The notes below the pieces were generated by a model. It was given only the letters and a program-made list of their open reading frames with translations. It had not been told where the DNA came from and did not search any database. DNA of 64,000 nucleotides from Candidatus Parcubacteria bacterium (GTDB lineage Bacteria; Patescibacteriota; Minisyncoccia; Phycocordibacterales; PALSA-1337). Shown here one piece after another: positions 43,504 to 52,885 of this stretch. Where the stretch lies: positions 220 through 64,219 of the forward strand of contig CAVYBN010000012.1 in NCBI GenBank assembly GCA_963766795.1, written 5' to 3'. Each line of letters opens with the position of its first letter. Within the stretch, counting starts at the first letter, position 1. The position numbers were made by a program, and so were the translations under genes.

Positions 43504-43707
43504 GTTAGCAGAGCTTCGTTTACCAGCATTAATACATAAAAGCCATAAAAACATTGTCTTTTTAGCAGTATTTTTTGATTTCCTTAATAAACGGCTTGAA
43601 ATATGGAGTGGGTGTTGATAACTGTGGATAAGGTTGTGAATCAGGGTGATAAAAGACAGAAATAATGGCTTATCAGCGTCTTTAATAGTCTTTAATACGA
43701 TAACGAT

Positions 43708-44169
43708 ATGTTCTCAAGATGTACAGTTTCACATTTAAATAGGCCGTTTTTTAAGCACAAAAGGGCCAAGGGCAATGCAGGCGAGAGCATTGCCTGTGTA
43801 TATCTTGAAAGACAAGGATTTATGGTCATTGTCCGTAATTATCAGAAGAAATGGGGAGAGATCGATATCATCGCTCAAAAAGAAGGGATCCTTCACTTCT
43901 TTGAAGTCAAAAGCGTGATCGTAAAGAGCCTCGATTCTTTGACCGGCGCTAATCATTGGGCTGATTCAAATCATCCTGCAAACCACCACGAACCAGAAGA
44001 GAATGTGCATGCTTATAAGAGGCTTCACATCAGACGGATGATCGAAACGTTCTTGGCTGAAACAAAGAGGGGATTCGACACAGAATTCCACTTCCATGTC
44101 CTCTGTGTCTACATGAATGCGAATACGCGTCGAGCCAGAGTAAAATGGATAAAAGATGTCATCTTGTGA
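43708..44169 (+). CDS. yraN: YraN family (UPF0102) endonuclease-like protein
   Basis: KGNAGESIACVYLERQGFMVIVRNYQKKWGEIDIIAQKEGILHFFEVKS. Confidence 0.75.
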   Translation: MFSRCTVSHLNRPFFKHKRAKGNAGESIACVYLERQGFMVIVRNYQKKWGEIDIIAQKEGILHFFEVKSVIVKSLDSLTGANHWADSNHPANHHEPEENVHAYKRLHIRRMIETFLAETKRGFDTEFHFHVLCVYMNANTRRARVKWIKDVIL

Positions 44170-44196
44170 TAGTATGAGCGGGCGCGAATAGGGAAC

Positions 44197-44269
44197 CGGA
44201 GCGTGGTGTAACGGCTAACATACCTGTTTTGGGTACAGGTGACTCCGGGTTCGAATCCCGGCGCTCCGA
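44197..44269 (+). tRNA. tRNA-Pro (anticodon TGG)
   Basis: Acceptor CGGAGCG/CGCTCCG, anticodon stem CCTGT/ACAGG with loop TTTGGGT, T arm CCGGG-TTCGAAT-CCCGG. Confidence 0.9.
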
Positions 44270-44277
44270 CAAGATTC

Positions 44278-44348
44278 GCGGGACTAGTTTAATGGTAGAA
44301 CAGAAGATTTCCAATCTTCTGGTGGGAGTTCGATTCTCCCGTCCCGCA
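44278..44348 (+). tRNA. tRNA-Gly (anticodon TCC)
   Basis: Acceptor GCGGGAC/GTCCCGC, anticodon stem GAAGA/TCTTC with loop TTTCCAA, T arm GGGAG-TTCGATT-CTCCC. Confidence 0.9.
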
Positions 44349-44490
44349 CAAACAAAAACCGCCTTTCGATTGAACTCAGGGCGGCTTTTGCGTTTCGGAC
44401 AGAAATAACAGGCTATTCTGGCGAGCGATGATGCGTGTCTGCTTGCAGACACGACATCCGAGTCGAAGCCAGAACAAAGGCCGTAGGCCT

Positions 44491-44763
44491 TTATTTCACC
44501 GCATCCTTGAGGGCCTTCGCGGCGCGGAACTTCGGGACCTTCATGGCCGGGACCTTGATGGCCTCGCCAGTGCGCGGGTTGCGGGCTTCGCGAGCGGCAC
44601 GTTGCTTGACCGAGAAGATGCCGAGGCCGGCGATAGAGACTTCCTCGCCCTTCTTGAGCGCGTCGACGATGCTGTTAATCACTGTTTCGACCGCTTGTTC
44701 GGCTTGAACCTTGGTTCCGCCGAGGACACCATGAACTGCATCTGCGATTGCTGCTTTGTTCAT
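44491..44763 (-). CDS. hup: HU family DNA-binding protein
   Basis: MNKAAIADAV...VSIAGLGIFSVKQRAAREARNPRTGEAIKVPAMKVPKFRAAKALKDAV. ATG at 44763. Confidence 0.9.
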   Translation of the reverse strand: MNKAAIADAVHGVLGGTKVQAEQAVETVINSIVDALKKGEEVSIAGLGIFSVKQRAAREARNPRTGEAIKVPAMKVPKFRAAKALKDAVK

Positions 44764-44828
44764 TTTTGCATTATTAATGCTATTAATGTCTCGGCGCCGA
44801 CGCGACGAGGTAACGAACATACCAAGAT

Positions 44829-44887
44829 ATTATATAGTAAGCCATATTTTAAGCAATGCCACGCCAACAAGGCTGTGGATTGGCTTA
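44829..44887 (-). promoter_or_regulatory. hup promoter (TTGCTT-16-TATAAT) plus conserved upstream block shared with the SWIB gene
   Basis: -10 at 44834-44829 and -35 at 44856-44851 on the minus strand. The block AAGCCATATTTTAAGCAATGCCACGCCAACAAGGCTGTGGATTG is about 85-90 percent identical by eye to 45206-45252. Confidence 0.5.
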
Positions 44888-44908
44888 TTCAGGCTTTTAG
44901 TGTCGCAA

Positions 44909-45160
44909 TTATGAGAGGTGCTTCGATACTGCCCCGCCCATTTTCATCATATTCATGGGCGCGCTGCCCAAGACCTTTCCGAGCTTCTCGTCAGGATTGA
45001 TCACGCGCTTATCCTTGGCGTCTTGAAGGTTGTTGGCCTTTATGTAGACCCAAAGCTTGCTCACTACCTCTGAACGGGGCATAGGGCCATTGCCTACCAC
45101 GGCCGCCAGATCGGCGCTCACGGTCATAGGCTTCATGAATGCGGAATTTTTCTTTTCCAT
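44909..45160 (-). CDS. SWIB/MDM2 domain protein
   Basis: 83 aa. MKPMTVSADLAAVVGNGPMPRSEVVSKLWVYIKANNLQD...INPDEKLGKVLG is the typical SWIB pattern. Confidence 0.8.
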   Translation of the reverse strand: MEKKNSAFMKPMTVSADLAAVVGNGPMPRSEVVSKLWVYIKANNLQDAKDKRVINPDEKLGKVLGSAPMNMMKMGGAVSKHLS

Positions 45161-45196
45161 GTTTTTGTTATTACTTTTATTAATAGTACGGCATTA

Positions 45197-45252
45197 ATTG
45201 TACTTTAAGCCGTATTTTATGCAATGCCGGGTCAACATGGCTGTGGATTGCG
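45197..45252 (-). promoter_or_regulatory. SWIB gene promoter (TTGCAT-16-TACAAT) plus the same conserved upstream block
   Basis: -10 at 45202-45197 and -35 at 45224-45219, the same geometry as the hup promoter. Confidence 0.5.
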
Positions 45253-45397
45253 ACATTTTTGCAGGGGAGTTGCAATGTTTAATTATATATGCTTCTATTT
45301 CCTTAGAAATCCTTGGTTGTATGACCAAGTCGTCCTAAAAGTGGATCAGGGAGTCAGGTGTATGCTCCTATTTATACACCAAGTTCATTGAGAAAGT

Positions 45398-45748
45398 TTG
45401 TTTATGCATGTAAGAGACAGAACAAAAAGACCACTTAGCATAATGAGTGGACCCGGCGAATTAGACTTGATAATCTCCTTGTTTCGTCAGCAGAAGGTCA
45501 AGATGACGCTTCTGCAACGGCCAGGGTTAGACAACGACATTGGTCTGTCAACGCGCAGTTTTACACCTGCTACTGTCAGCATCAGCGCGGTCAGCATTCT
45601 TAACCCGGAAGAAGGGTTGTTTCGCTTTCAAGGCTATGCTGATTTGTGTGTTGATAACAAATGGTTCGGTAGACACACAGGTTACCATCTTGTGGCTGAA
45701 TTTAACGTGAAAAGCCGCACTGGTTCGGCTATGATTTGGCACGAGTAA
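45398..45748 (+). CDS. hypothetical protein (weak call)
   Basis: This 116-aa ORF is the only sizeable one in a gap of about 640 bp. It has no recognisable motif and coding is uncertain. Confidence 0.25.
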   Translation: MFMHVRDRTKRPLSIMSGPGELDLIISLFRQQKVKMTLLQRPGLDNDIGLSTRSFTPATVSISAVSILNPEEGLFRFQGYADLCVDNKWFGRHTGYHLVAEFNVKSRTGSAMIWHE

Positions 45749-45805
45749 ACCAATTTCCAGGCGCTCTCGCAAGAGGGCGCCCTTACTCATATTTGTAGAT
45801 TCGTA

Positions 45806-46477
45806 TTATTTTACATCGCGCGCGGAAAGACGCTTGGCTTCGCTTATGAAGAACGATTGCCAATCTTTCTCGTCGATCTTCTTGATCATGGTCGGGTAGT
45901 CTTTCAACCCTCCGCATTTGACGAATTGGGCCGCCAATTGAAGGGGATCGATGTAGTGGTCGAATTTTATCTGGGCTTTCTCGACTAGTTCATCCATTGT
46001 CCAGTCTTTCTTTTCTTTCAAGATGCAATACAGATCGATGAAATCGCGCGAGCGCGGCTTTTGATATATGGTGAACGCTTTGTTCACGGCTATGTCGAGA
46101 AGACTGTCGACGGATAAAGCGCCGAATTTTTGTTTCAAATCTATCCTAGTAAAAGGGAAATACGTGAATTCCGTCTTGATGGAATCATTTTCCAGTTCAA
46201 GAAAGAACAGGTTCCGATTGAAGCTTTGTTCGTAAGAAACCTTCTTTATGCCGGCGGTCTTCTGAAGCTTTTTGAACAATGCAGAGATCGCTTGCGGGTC
46301 GAATTCATTTTCGGAAAAGAAATCCAGATCTTCCGACAGACGATGACGCAAATAAAATTCTGCCAGGGCGGTGCCGCCCGTCAGATAGAAACTATCGGTT
46401 ACGAGCTTTTCTTTGGCAAGGATGGAGAGCAGACCTTTTTGATTCCTTGAAAGGATTGACGGCATCGTTTTAAGCAA
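45806..46477 (-). CDS. nucleotidyltransferase, AbiEii/AbiGii (DUF1814) toxin family
   Basis: FYLTGGTALAEFYLRHRLSEDLDFF is the signature N-terminal NTase motif of this family. Confidence 0.75.
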   Translation of the reverse strand: MLKTMPSILSRNQKGLLSILAKEKLVTDSFYLTGGTALAEFYLRHRLSEDLDFFSENEFDPQAISALFKKLQKTAGIKKVSYEQSFNRNLFFLELENDSIKTEFTYFPFTRIDLKQKFGALSVDSLLDIAVNKAFTIYQKPRSRDFIDLYCILKEKKDWTMDELVEKAQIKFDHYIDPLQLAAQFVKCGGLKDYPTMIKKIDEKDWQSFFISEAKRLSARDVK

Positions 46478-46673
46478 ACAGAGCGAGAGCCAAGGCCTTG
46501 CGTTTCCACGGATCGATATTCAGGCGGTTCCAAAACTTGAGCAATTCCGCCTTGTTCATGATCTTCTCGCCAATACCCCAATTGATGCGCTGTTCAAGCC
46601 TCCAGATAGCGTGCGCCTCTGGATTCTTGGCGAGCTCTGCCTCATTGACTGACCAATGCTTATTCATGGCCAT
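46470..46673 (-). CDS. small (67 aa) protein translationally coupled to the NTase; candidate non-canonical antitoxin
   Basis: I prefer the ATG at 46673 (MAMNKHWSVNEAELAKNPEAHAIWRLEQRINWGIGEKI...). The stop overlaps the NTase start by 8 nt. The upstream 80 codons of the track ORF look non-coding. Confidence 0.4.
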   Translation of the reverse strand: MAMNKHWSVNEAELAKNPEAHAIWRLEQRINWGIGEKIMNKAELLKFWNRLNIDPWKRKALALALFA

Positions 46674-46758
46674 ATTATAGCATACTTGAAACATTTTTCT
46701 GCCTTGCAAAATAGATTCGATTATGCTACGATTGTCTGTACAGTTATGTACAGAGATT

Positions 46759-47346
46759 ATGAACACAAAAAATGATATAAAACCGCATAAAACGCCTTCA
46801 CACCTACATCGCGTGGCGTCTTTGATACAGACTGGCGATGTGGTATTTCGCGATACCGATTTGGCCGTGATCTGGGGGATCACCAACAAGAATACTCTAT
46901 ACACGATGCTCAAAAGGTATTCCCAGAGCGGGATCCTTAATCGGATAAAACCCGGGATATATTCTATCGTCGATCCGAAAACCGTATCCCCGGAGATTCT
47001 TGGAGCAAAGGTTATCCATTCACATTGCTATGTCAGCACCGAGACGGTCTTGCGCGACGAGGGGATCATCATGCAGAATATCCAGCATACGACTTTCGTT
47101 AGCGGCAAGTCGAAAAGATTCACTGTTGCCGGCCATTCTTTTATTTCAAGGCAAATGAAAGACATTTTCCTGTATAATGATGCCGGCATATACGAGAAAG
47201 ACGGCGTCTTGCGCGCCACTGTTGAGAGGGCAGTCGCCGATCTGCTTTATTTCGATCCTTTCTATTATTTCGACAATGACCGGGCTATAGATTGGAAGAA
47301 AGTCCGGAAGATGCAGAAAGACATAGGATACCCGCAAAAATCATGA
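46759..47346 (+). CDS. AbiEi-type antitoxin (wHTH N-domain plus C-terminal domain)
   Basis: FRDTDLAVIWGITNKNTLYTMLKRYSQSGILNRIKPGIYS...CYVSTETVLRDEGII. Its stop overlaps the ATG of the next gene (ATGA). Confidence 0.7.
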   Translation: MNTKNDIKPHKTPSHLHRVASLIQTGDVVFRDTDLAVIWGITNKNTLYTMLKRYSQSGILNRIKPGIYSIVDPKTVSPEILGAKVIHSHCYVSTETVLRDEGIIMQNIQHTTFVSGKSKRFTVAGHSFISRQMKDIFLYNDAGIYEKDGVLRATVERAVADLLYFDPFYYFDNDRAIDWKKVRKMQKDIGYPQKS

Positions 47347-48095
47347 TGATCACGCCTAAAAAAGGAGACAGTCTGCACCTCGCTCTGCTACACCAGATCT
47401 TGTCGGCCATGTTCGACGACGCCGTGATAGCCAAGAATTTCCGCTTCAAAGGCGGGACCTGCGCCGCCATGCTCGGATACCTGGATCGCTTTTCTACGGA
47501 TCTGGATTTCGATTATGTCGGCGACCCGGATGAGATAGACGGCATCCGTCCGTTATTGGAGAAAATATTCCTTAAGCTTGGTTTGAAGATCGACGACAAT
47601 AGCAAGAAAGCCATCCAGTATTTCCTTAAATATGAGAATGCTCCCGATAAAAGAAATACCATAAAGATAGATTCGCATTTCCCGACTCTGAAATCCAACA
47701 AGTACGAGCCGAAAAGATTCATGGAGATAGACCGGACCATCATCTGCCAGACAAAAGAGACCATGTTCGCTAACAAACTAGCGGCTCTTTTGGACAGGTA
47801 CGAGAAGCGCAAGATCGTGGCAGGAAGAGATGTGTATGACATCTGCTACTTTTTCTCGAAGGGATTCGATTTCGACGACGCGGTTCTGGAAGAGCACACC
47901 GGCATGAAGCCTGCCGAATATCTGAAGCTGACCGTCAAATTCGTGGAAGACAGAGTCACTTCCACGATCATAGACCAGGATCTGAATTATTTGTTGACCA
48001 CGGAGAGATTTCAAGCCATAAGGAAGACGCTCAAACAAGATACGCTGTTATTCTTGAGATTGGCGTATTCTCAGATCACCTCGCGAACTCTATAG
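47343..48095 (+). CDS. nucleotidyltransferase AbiEii/AbiGii toxin family
   Basis: NFRFKGGTCAAMLGYLDRFSTDLDFDY. ATG at 47343 (MMITPKK). Confidence 0.8.
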   Translation: MMITPKKGDSLHLALLHQILSAMFDDAVIAKNFRFKGGTCAAMLGYLDRFSTDLDFDYVGDPDEIDGIRPLLEKIFLKLGLKIDDNSKKAIQYFLKYENAPDKRNTIKIDSHFPTLKSNKYEPKRFMEIDRTIICQTKETMFANKLAALLDRYEKRKIVAGRDVYDICYFFSKGFDFDDAVLEEHTGMKPAEYLKLTVKFVEDRVTSTIIDQDLNYLLTTERFQAIRKTLKQDTLLFLRLAYSQITSRTL

Positions 48096-49606
48096 TCCTG
48101 GTCTCCCTGATGACCGTCACCTTGATCTCACCCGGGTACTTCAGGTCTTTCTCGATCTTCTCGGCGATGTTGCGCGCCAGATTCTTGGCTTCGATGTCGT
48201 TCACCGCCTCGGGCTTGACGAAGATGCGGATCTCGCGGCCGGCTTGCAAGGCATAGGACTTCTCGATGCCCGGGAATGAATTGGCGGTGGCCTCGAGGTC
48301 GCCCAAGCGCTTGAGGTAATTCTCGACGTTGTCTCGGCGTGCGCCGGGGCGTGCGCCGGAAATGGAGTCTGCCGTCTGGACGATGCGCGACTCGACGGTC
48401 TCGTACGGATATTCCTCATGGTGGGCCTGCATGGCTTTGATGACCTCTTCGGGAGCGCCGAATTTCTGCAGGATGCGGCGGCCGATCTCGACGTGCGTGC
48501 CGGCGACTTCATGGTCGAGGGCCTTGCCGATGTCGTGAAGGAGCGCACCGGCTTTGGCGACTTGGACATTGGCACCGAGCTCTTCGGCGATCATGCCGGC
48601 GATGTGAGCCATCTCTATGGAGTGCTGGAGCACGTTCTGGCCATAGCTGGTGCGGAAATGCAATCGGCCGAGGATGAGCGATATGCGCGGATCGAGCCCA
48701 AGCACGCCGCATTCATAGGCGGCTTGCTCGCCCTTTTCCTTGATGGTCTTGTTGACGTCCTGGCGGGCTTTCTCGACGACTTGCTCGATCCTGGCGGGCT
48801 GGACGCGGCCGTCCTTTATGAGCTCGCGGAGGGCGATGCCGGCCACATGGCGGCGGACCGGGTCGAACGAGGATATTGTGATGGCGCCAGGCGTATCGTC
48901 GACGAGGACTTCCACGCCGGTGGCGCGTTCGAAGGCCTTGATATTGCGGCCTTCCTTGCCGATGATCTTGCCTTTGACGTCGTCGCTGGGGATCTCGACG
49001 GTGGATGACATGAAGTCCGAGGCCACGGATGAAGCCAGGCGCTGGATGGAGACGGCCAAGATGTCCTTGGCTTTGTCCTCGAGCATCTCCTCGCCCTGAT
49101 GTCTCGAGCTTCTTCATGCGGATCATGAAATCCTGCTCGTTCTGCTTCTCCAGCTGGGCGATGATCTCTTTCTTGGCGTCTTCGGCGGACAGGTTGGCGA
49201 CTTTCTCGAGCGCTTTCAGGCGGTCATCCTCGAGCTTGTCGGCCTTGTCCCTGATGGCGCGGATCTCGTTGGCGCGCTGTTTTATGAGCTCGACTTCCTT
49301 GTCTATGTCGCCTTGGCGCTTGTCGAGAATGGATTCCTTATGGATCAGGCGGTCTTCGGTCTGACTGGCTTTATGCTCTTTTTCCTTGATCTCGGCATTG
49401 GCCGCGGTCAAAAGGTCGCCGGTCTTCTTCTCGGCGTCGGCTGTGATCTTTTTGGCCTCTTCTTTCGCCGAGAGGAGCATCTCTTTGACCTCGAGCTCCA
49501 TCGAGCCTTTCTTGCCGAGGGTGATTAGGTATCGGAGGTAATATCCGATGGCGACTCCCGCCACTCCGGCGATGGAGAGGAAGAGCGCGACTAGTTTTAA
49601 TGACAT
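48076..49606 (-). CDS. rny: ribonuclease Y, frameshifted as assembled
   Basis: N-terminal TM plus coiled coil (48713..49606 ORF), then KH (GKIIGKEGRNIKAFE) and HD (LLHDIGKA) domains (48076..49086 ORF). Removing one G from the GGG (plus-strand CCC at 49094-49096) restores ...KKLETSGEEMLEDKAK... Confidence 0.85.
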
Positions 49607-49874
49607 ATGCGGTGCGTACCCGCCTTTCGAGGACTAGGGATGAATAATATGAAACTCTGCCAGGCCTATTCTGCCGTTGGATGCGATGCCGTTTGAATAA
49701 TGTGGAAGCGTCATAATGTTAGCCGTATTCCGGAAAAGCAAGATCAAAATTAAAGTGGTAACACGGGTATCATACAATAAAGGAGGGTTTGAGCGCAAGT
49801 TTTGGTTGAAAAGTTTACAGTTTACAGTGAAAAGTGATTAGTTGGAGTTAAAAGTGAATAGTTCCAGCAAGAAA

Positions 49875-50699
49875 TCATTGGCCAGCTATGTTTTGCGGAG
49901 GATTCTCGATCTTTTGGTCTGATTTCAATTCTTTGTCGAGCCTTTTAGCCTCATTCCAAGCCAATTCGTAGATCTTCTTCATGGCATCAGCGATTTCGGC
50001 GCTTTCGATGATGATGCCGAGCTTTTCCCGCCATGAAGCGATCATCACTTTGTCGTCATAGATGTTGATCTCTGGCGAGAAATTAAAAACATCAGCCGGA
50101 ATCAAAGCCGTCTCGCGTTTTTCTTCCTCATTATGTTTTACAAGCTCTGACGCCGCATCGGTGCGGGGAAAAATCGCTCGAATATGAATATCTCTCTTTG
50201 CGCGACGCTTGTAATAATTAGGAAAATAATTAGGTAAAGTATTATGGACATCTTCCACGGAAGCATACGCAAGAATTGTTTCCGAGCTCGTAAGCGTGTC
50301 TTCATAGACATGTTGCAATCCTTCTTTTCCTTCGTAGAAGCGGATCTTTGGTCGATTTTTATACGCATGAAGCAATGTAAGATCCGGAATGATCTCCTCT
50401 GACTTTTTTATGTATCCTGTTATCTTTTCAACTTCTTTTTTCAGATAAGCGGCAATCGCCTCCGGCGGCTCCGCGGCATATTCCGATTTCGGTTCTTTTC
50501 CGGAAATTGTGACCAGTCCTTTGTTTGCAAGGGAACTCAAAATATCATAGCCAGTCGTCCGGTTAATCCCCGCCTTTCCGCTGATTTGCGTGACCGTGCC
50601 TCTTCCAAGCTCCAAAAGCGCGATGTAGACAGTCGCTTCTTTTTCACTGAAGCCAAATGACTGTAGATTTAGCTTGATCTGGGCATTTGTGTCTTTCAT
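49875..50699 (-). CDS. TrmB family transcriptional regulator
   Basis: FGFSEKEATVYIALLELGRGTVTQISGKAGINRTTGYDILSSLANKGLV, plus a TrmB-type C-terminal domain. Confidence 0.7.
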   Translation of the reverse strand: MKDTNAQIKLNLQSFGFSEKEATVYIALLELGRGTVTQISGKAGINRTTGYDILSSLANKGLVTISGKEPKSEYAAEPPEAIAAYLKKEVEKITGYIKKSEEIIPDLTLLHAYKNRPKIRFYEGKEGLQHVYEDTLTSSETILAYASVEDVHNTLPNYFPNYYKRRAKRDIHIRAIFPRTDAASELVKHNEEEKRETALIPADVFNFSPEINIYDDKVMIASWREKLGIIIESAEIADAMKKIYELAWNEAKRLDKELKSDQKIENPPQNIAGQ

Positions 50700-50815
50700 G
50701 GTGTGAGTATAGACCCAAACTAATTATGTGTCAACATCTTTCCACAAAAATATGTTGATATACCTAAATATTATGCTAAATATAACTATTTAAGCAATTT
50801 TATTGACGCTTACTA

Positions 50816-50844
50816 TTGACAATAGCTATCCAATCTGTTATACT
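50816..50844 (+). promoter_or_regulatory. candidate promoter TTGACA-17-TATACT
   Basis: Exact -35 at 50816-50821 and -10 at 50839-50844, divergent from the TrmB-like gene. Confidence 0.4.
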
Positions 50845-51270
50845 TATGGCAGAAAGAACATCAAAAAACAAACAACAAAAAAAGGAAGAAATATGAACAT
50901 TGATACATTGGCATTTTGGGGGATGGTCACTTTGCAACATGTGTGAGGAGTCTGGTTAGTGATCTGTAGCGATGCGATTTTTGGAAGATGATGAAACGGC
51001 GATTTGCAGGCACAATGCTTCCGTCGCTGTGTTATTCCTTCATACTCCTTGTCTTGTTGTCTATGATGGACCGACCGGAGAAGAATGGCTTCCAGTCTTG
51101 ATATTCGGTGGATATATCTTCCGTGGGTGTTGTGGGTTTGCAGATCCTTTTAGAGGTTTCATAAGGAATGCAAGAAAGAAGAATATCGGCGGAGCCGGGG
51201 GTGGAAGTAGATCTGCCAAGAAGTTATACATTATCTTTCAAAATGTTTATGGTCTGGAGCGCCATTGAAA

Positions 51271-51477
51271 ATGTTCCTCTGTATCGAAATTGAAGGATTT
51301 ATGAAGACACCGACTTGTTATGTGGTAGTCGCAACCATCTCCGCAGGAATGGTAGCCCTAAGTCTTTTCCTGAATAAGGAAAAACGGAAAATGTATCCCG
51401 GTGGGCGTTTCTTGTTCCTAGCCATGTTCCTTTTGGGCATGTGGGAGATTTTCACACGGCTTCTCACACGGCAGTAG
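51271..51477 (+). CDS. small two-TM membrane protein (weak call)
   Basis: ...MKTPTCYVVVATISAGMVALSLFLNKEKRKMYPGGRFLFLAMFLLGMWEIF. Possible starts are at 51271 or 51301. It lies between the promoter at 50816 and the terminator at 51517. Confidence 0.3.
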   Translation: MFLCIEIEGFMKTPTCYVVVATISAGMVALSLFLNKEKRKMYPGGRFLFLAMFLLGMWEIFTRLLTRQ

Positions 51478-51516
51478 GTCTGCCAAACGCTTTGGAGATA
51501 CAGCGTCAAACTCCAG

Positions 51517-51544
51517 CCCCGCACGAGCGATCGCGCGGGGTTTT
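51517..51544 (+). terminator. intrinsic terminator
   Basis: CCCCGCACG-AGCGAT-CGCGCGGGG, followed by TTTT. Confidence 0.55.
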
Positions 51545-51779
51545 AATATGTATTGTCGCTCCTATACCCAATCTCTTTTATCACCGGCAAGCCATTTATG
51601 TCCAAGCTGAAGATTATCCTGACCCGGCCTTTGCGGATCCTGAAATAGTTGTCATAGCCCTTTAATTTCTTTATATCGAAGCCCGCCAAGTCGTTGTGGC
51701 GTATGCGTTCGAGATCTTCCAAGAGGGAAATTCGTTCTTTCGGCCGGCATTTTTTGATGAATTTATCGACTTTATTCAT
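51543..51779 (-). CDS. RelE/ParE-family toxin
   Basis: LKGYDNYFRIRKGRVRIIFSLDINGLPVIKEIGYRSDNTY matches the RelE/StbE C-terminal pattern. A 4-nt overlap links it to the upstream antitoxin. Confidence 0.6.
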   Translation of the reverse strand: MNKVDKFIKKCRPKERISLLEDLERIRHNDLAGFDIKKLKGYDNYFRIRKGRVRIIFSLDINGLPVIKEIGYRSDNTY

Positions 51780-52033
51780 TTTGTCGCGGCTTTTAGCTTC
51801 TCAATGAATATGTCTATGGGCACGCCACCTTCAGGTAGAGACCTGAAGTCGGCCACCGTCTCCCAAGTCCCCTCATCGCCCCATTTGTCGACTGGTTCCA
51901 ATTTGAATACTGGATCAGATTTCCTCATGACTACAAAAGAGTGCCCTTTTTCGATCATCTTGATGTATTTCTCTATATTCAGACGCAATTCTTTGAGGCC
52001 AATGATATTTGGTTGTGTTGTTTTGGTTATCAT
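51776..52033 (-). CDS. Phd/YefM-like antitoxin
   Basis: IIGLKELRLNIEKYIKMIEKGHSFVVMRKSDPVFKLEPV. Confidence 0.6.
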   Translation of the reverse strand: MITKTTQPNIIGLKELRLNIEKYIKMIEKGHSFVVMRKSDPVFKLEPVDKWGDEGTWETVADFRSLPEGGVPIDIFIEKLKAATK

Positions 52034-52135
52034 GCGGTAAGTTTATCTTAAGTTAAACTTGATTGTCAAGCTGGATTAATTTGATTTTGTATGTTATATT
52101 CATTGTATACAATTAAATTAATTCACGAACCCACC

Positions 52136-52717
52136 ATGCTCATCCCCACCGTCATCGAAAAATCCAGCTTCGGCGAGCGCGCGTACGACATATACTCGCG
52201 CCTTCTCAAGGACAACATCATATTCTTGGGCGGCCAGATCGACGACCACATCGCCAACCTGGTGATCGCTCAGCTTCTTTTCTTGCAATCCGAGGATTCG
52301 AAGAAAGAGATCAACATGTACATCAATTCGCCCGGAGGCTCGGTCAGCGCGACCTTGGCCATCGTGGACACGATGCAGCACATCAAGAACGACGTCTCGA
52401 CGGTCTGCGTCGGCATCGCCGCTTCCGGGGCTGCTCTGGTCCTGTCTGCCGGAACGAAAGGGAAGCGCTTCGCTCTGCCGAACGCCGAAGTCATGATCCA
52501 TCAGCCGCTCGGCGGCGCCGAGGGTCAGGCTTCCGACATCGAGATCAGCGCCAAGCACATCCTGAAGACGCGCGCGATCCTGAACAAGATGCTGGCCAAG
52601 AATACCGGGCAATCTCTTTCGAAGATCGAGAAGGACGTCGACCGCGATTTCTTCATGGATGCCGAGGAGGCCAAGAAATACGGGATAGTTGACCAGGTGA
52701 TGGCTACTAAGAAATAG
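52136..52717 (+). CDS. clpP: ATP-dependent Clp protease proteolytic subunit
   Basis: [24 protein letters not shown]...[10 protein letters not shown]...[14 protein letters not shown]...[11 protein letters not shown] at 52136. Confidence 0.9.
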   Translation: MLIPTVIEKSSFGERAYDIYSRLLKDNIIFLGGQIDDHIANLVIAQLLFLQSEDSKKEINMYINSPGGSVSATLAIVDTMQHIKNDVSTVCVGIAASGAALVLSAGTKGKRFALPNAEVMIHQPLGGAEGQASDIEISAKHILKTRAILNKMLAKNTGQSLSKIEKDVDRDFFMDAEEAKKYGIVDQVMATKK

Positions 52718-52720
52718 AGG

Positions 52721-52880
52721 TAAATTTCTAAGTTCTAATTGACCTAATTTCTAATAAATCCCAAATCCCAAAAATCAAATTCCAGAAAAGCTTCAAAAGT
52801 CAAATTTCAAAAATGGCAATATTTGAGATTTGGTGCTTGGAACTTGTTTAGAAATTAGGACTTAGGTCAATTAGAAATTA
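52721..52880. repeat. word-shuffled palindromic intergenic spacer (TTAGAAATTAGG / TTGACCTAA words) with AAATCCCAAATCCC core
   Basis: The left arm (52721-52754) and right arm (52848-52880) are imperfect inverted repeats. The same word family flanks the MITE at 37500-37740. Confidence 0.7.
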
Positions 52881-52885
52881 TCTCT

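Noticed and set aside
43623-43631. A perfect DnaA box (TGTGGATAA = TTATCCACA) near the tRNA cluster could mark a replication origin.
   Set aside because: There is only one perfect box plus a few weak variants, with no dnaA/dnaN nearby, no AT-rich unwinding element and no box cluster.
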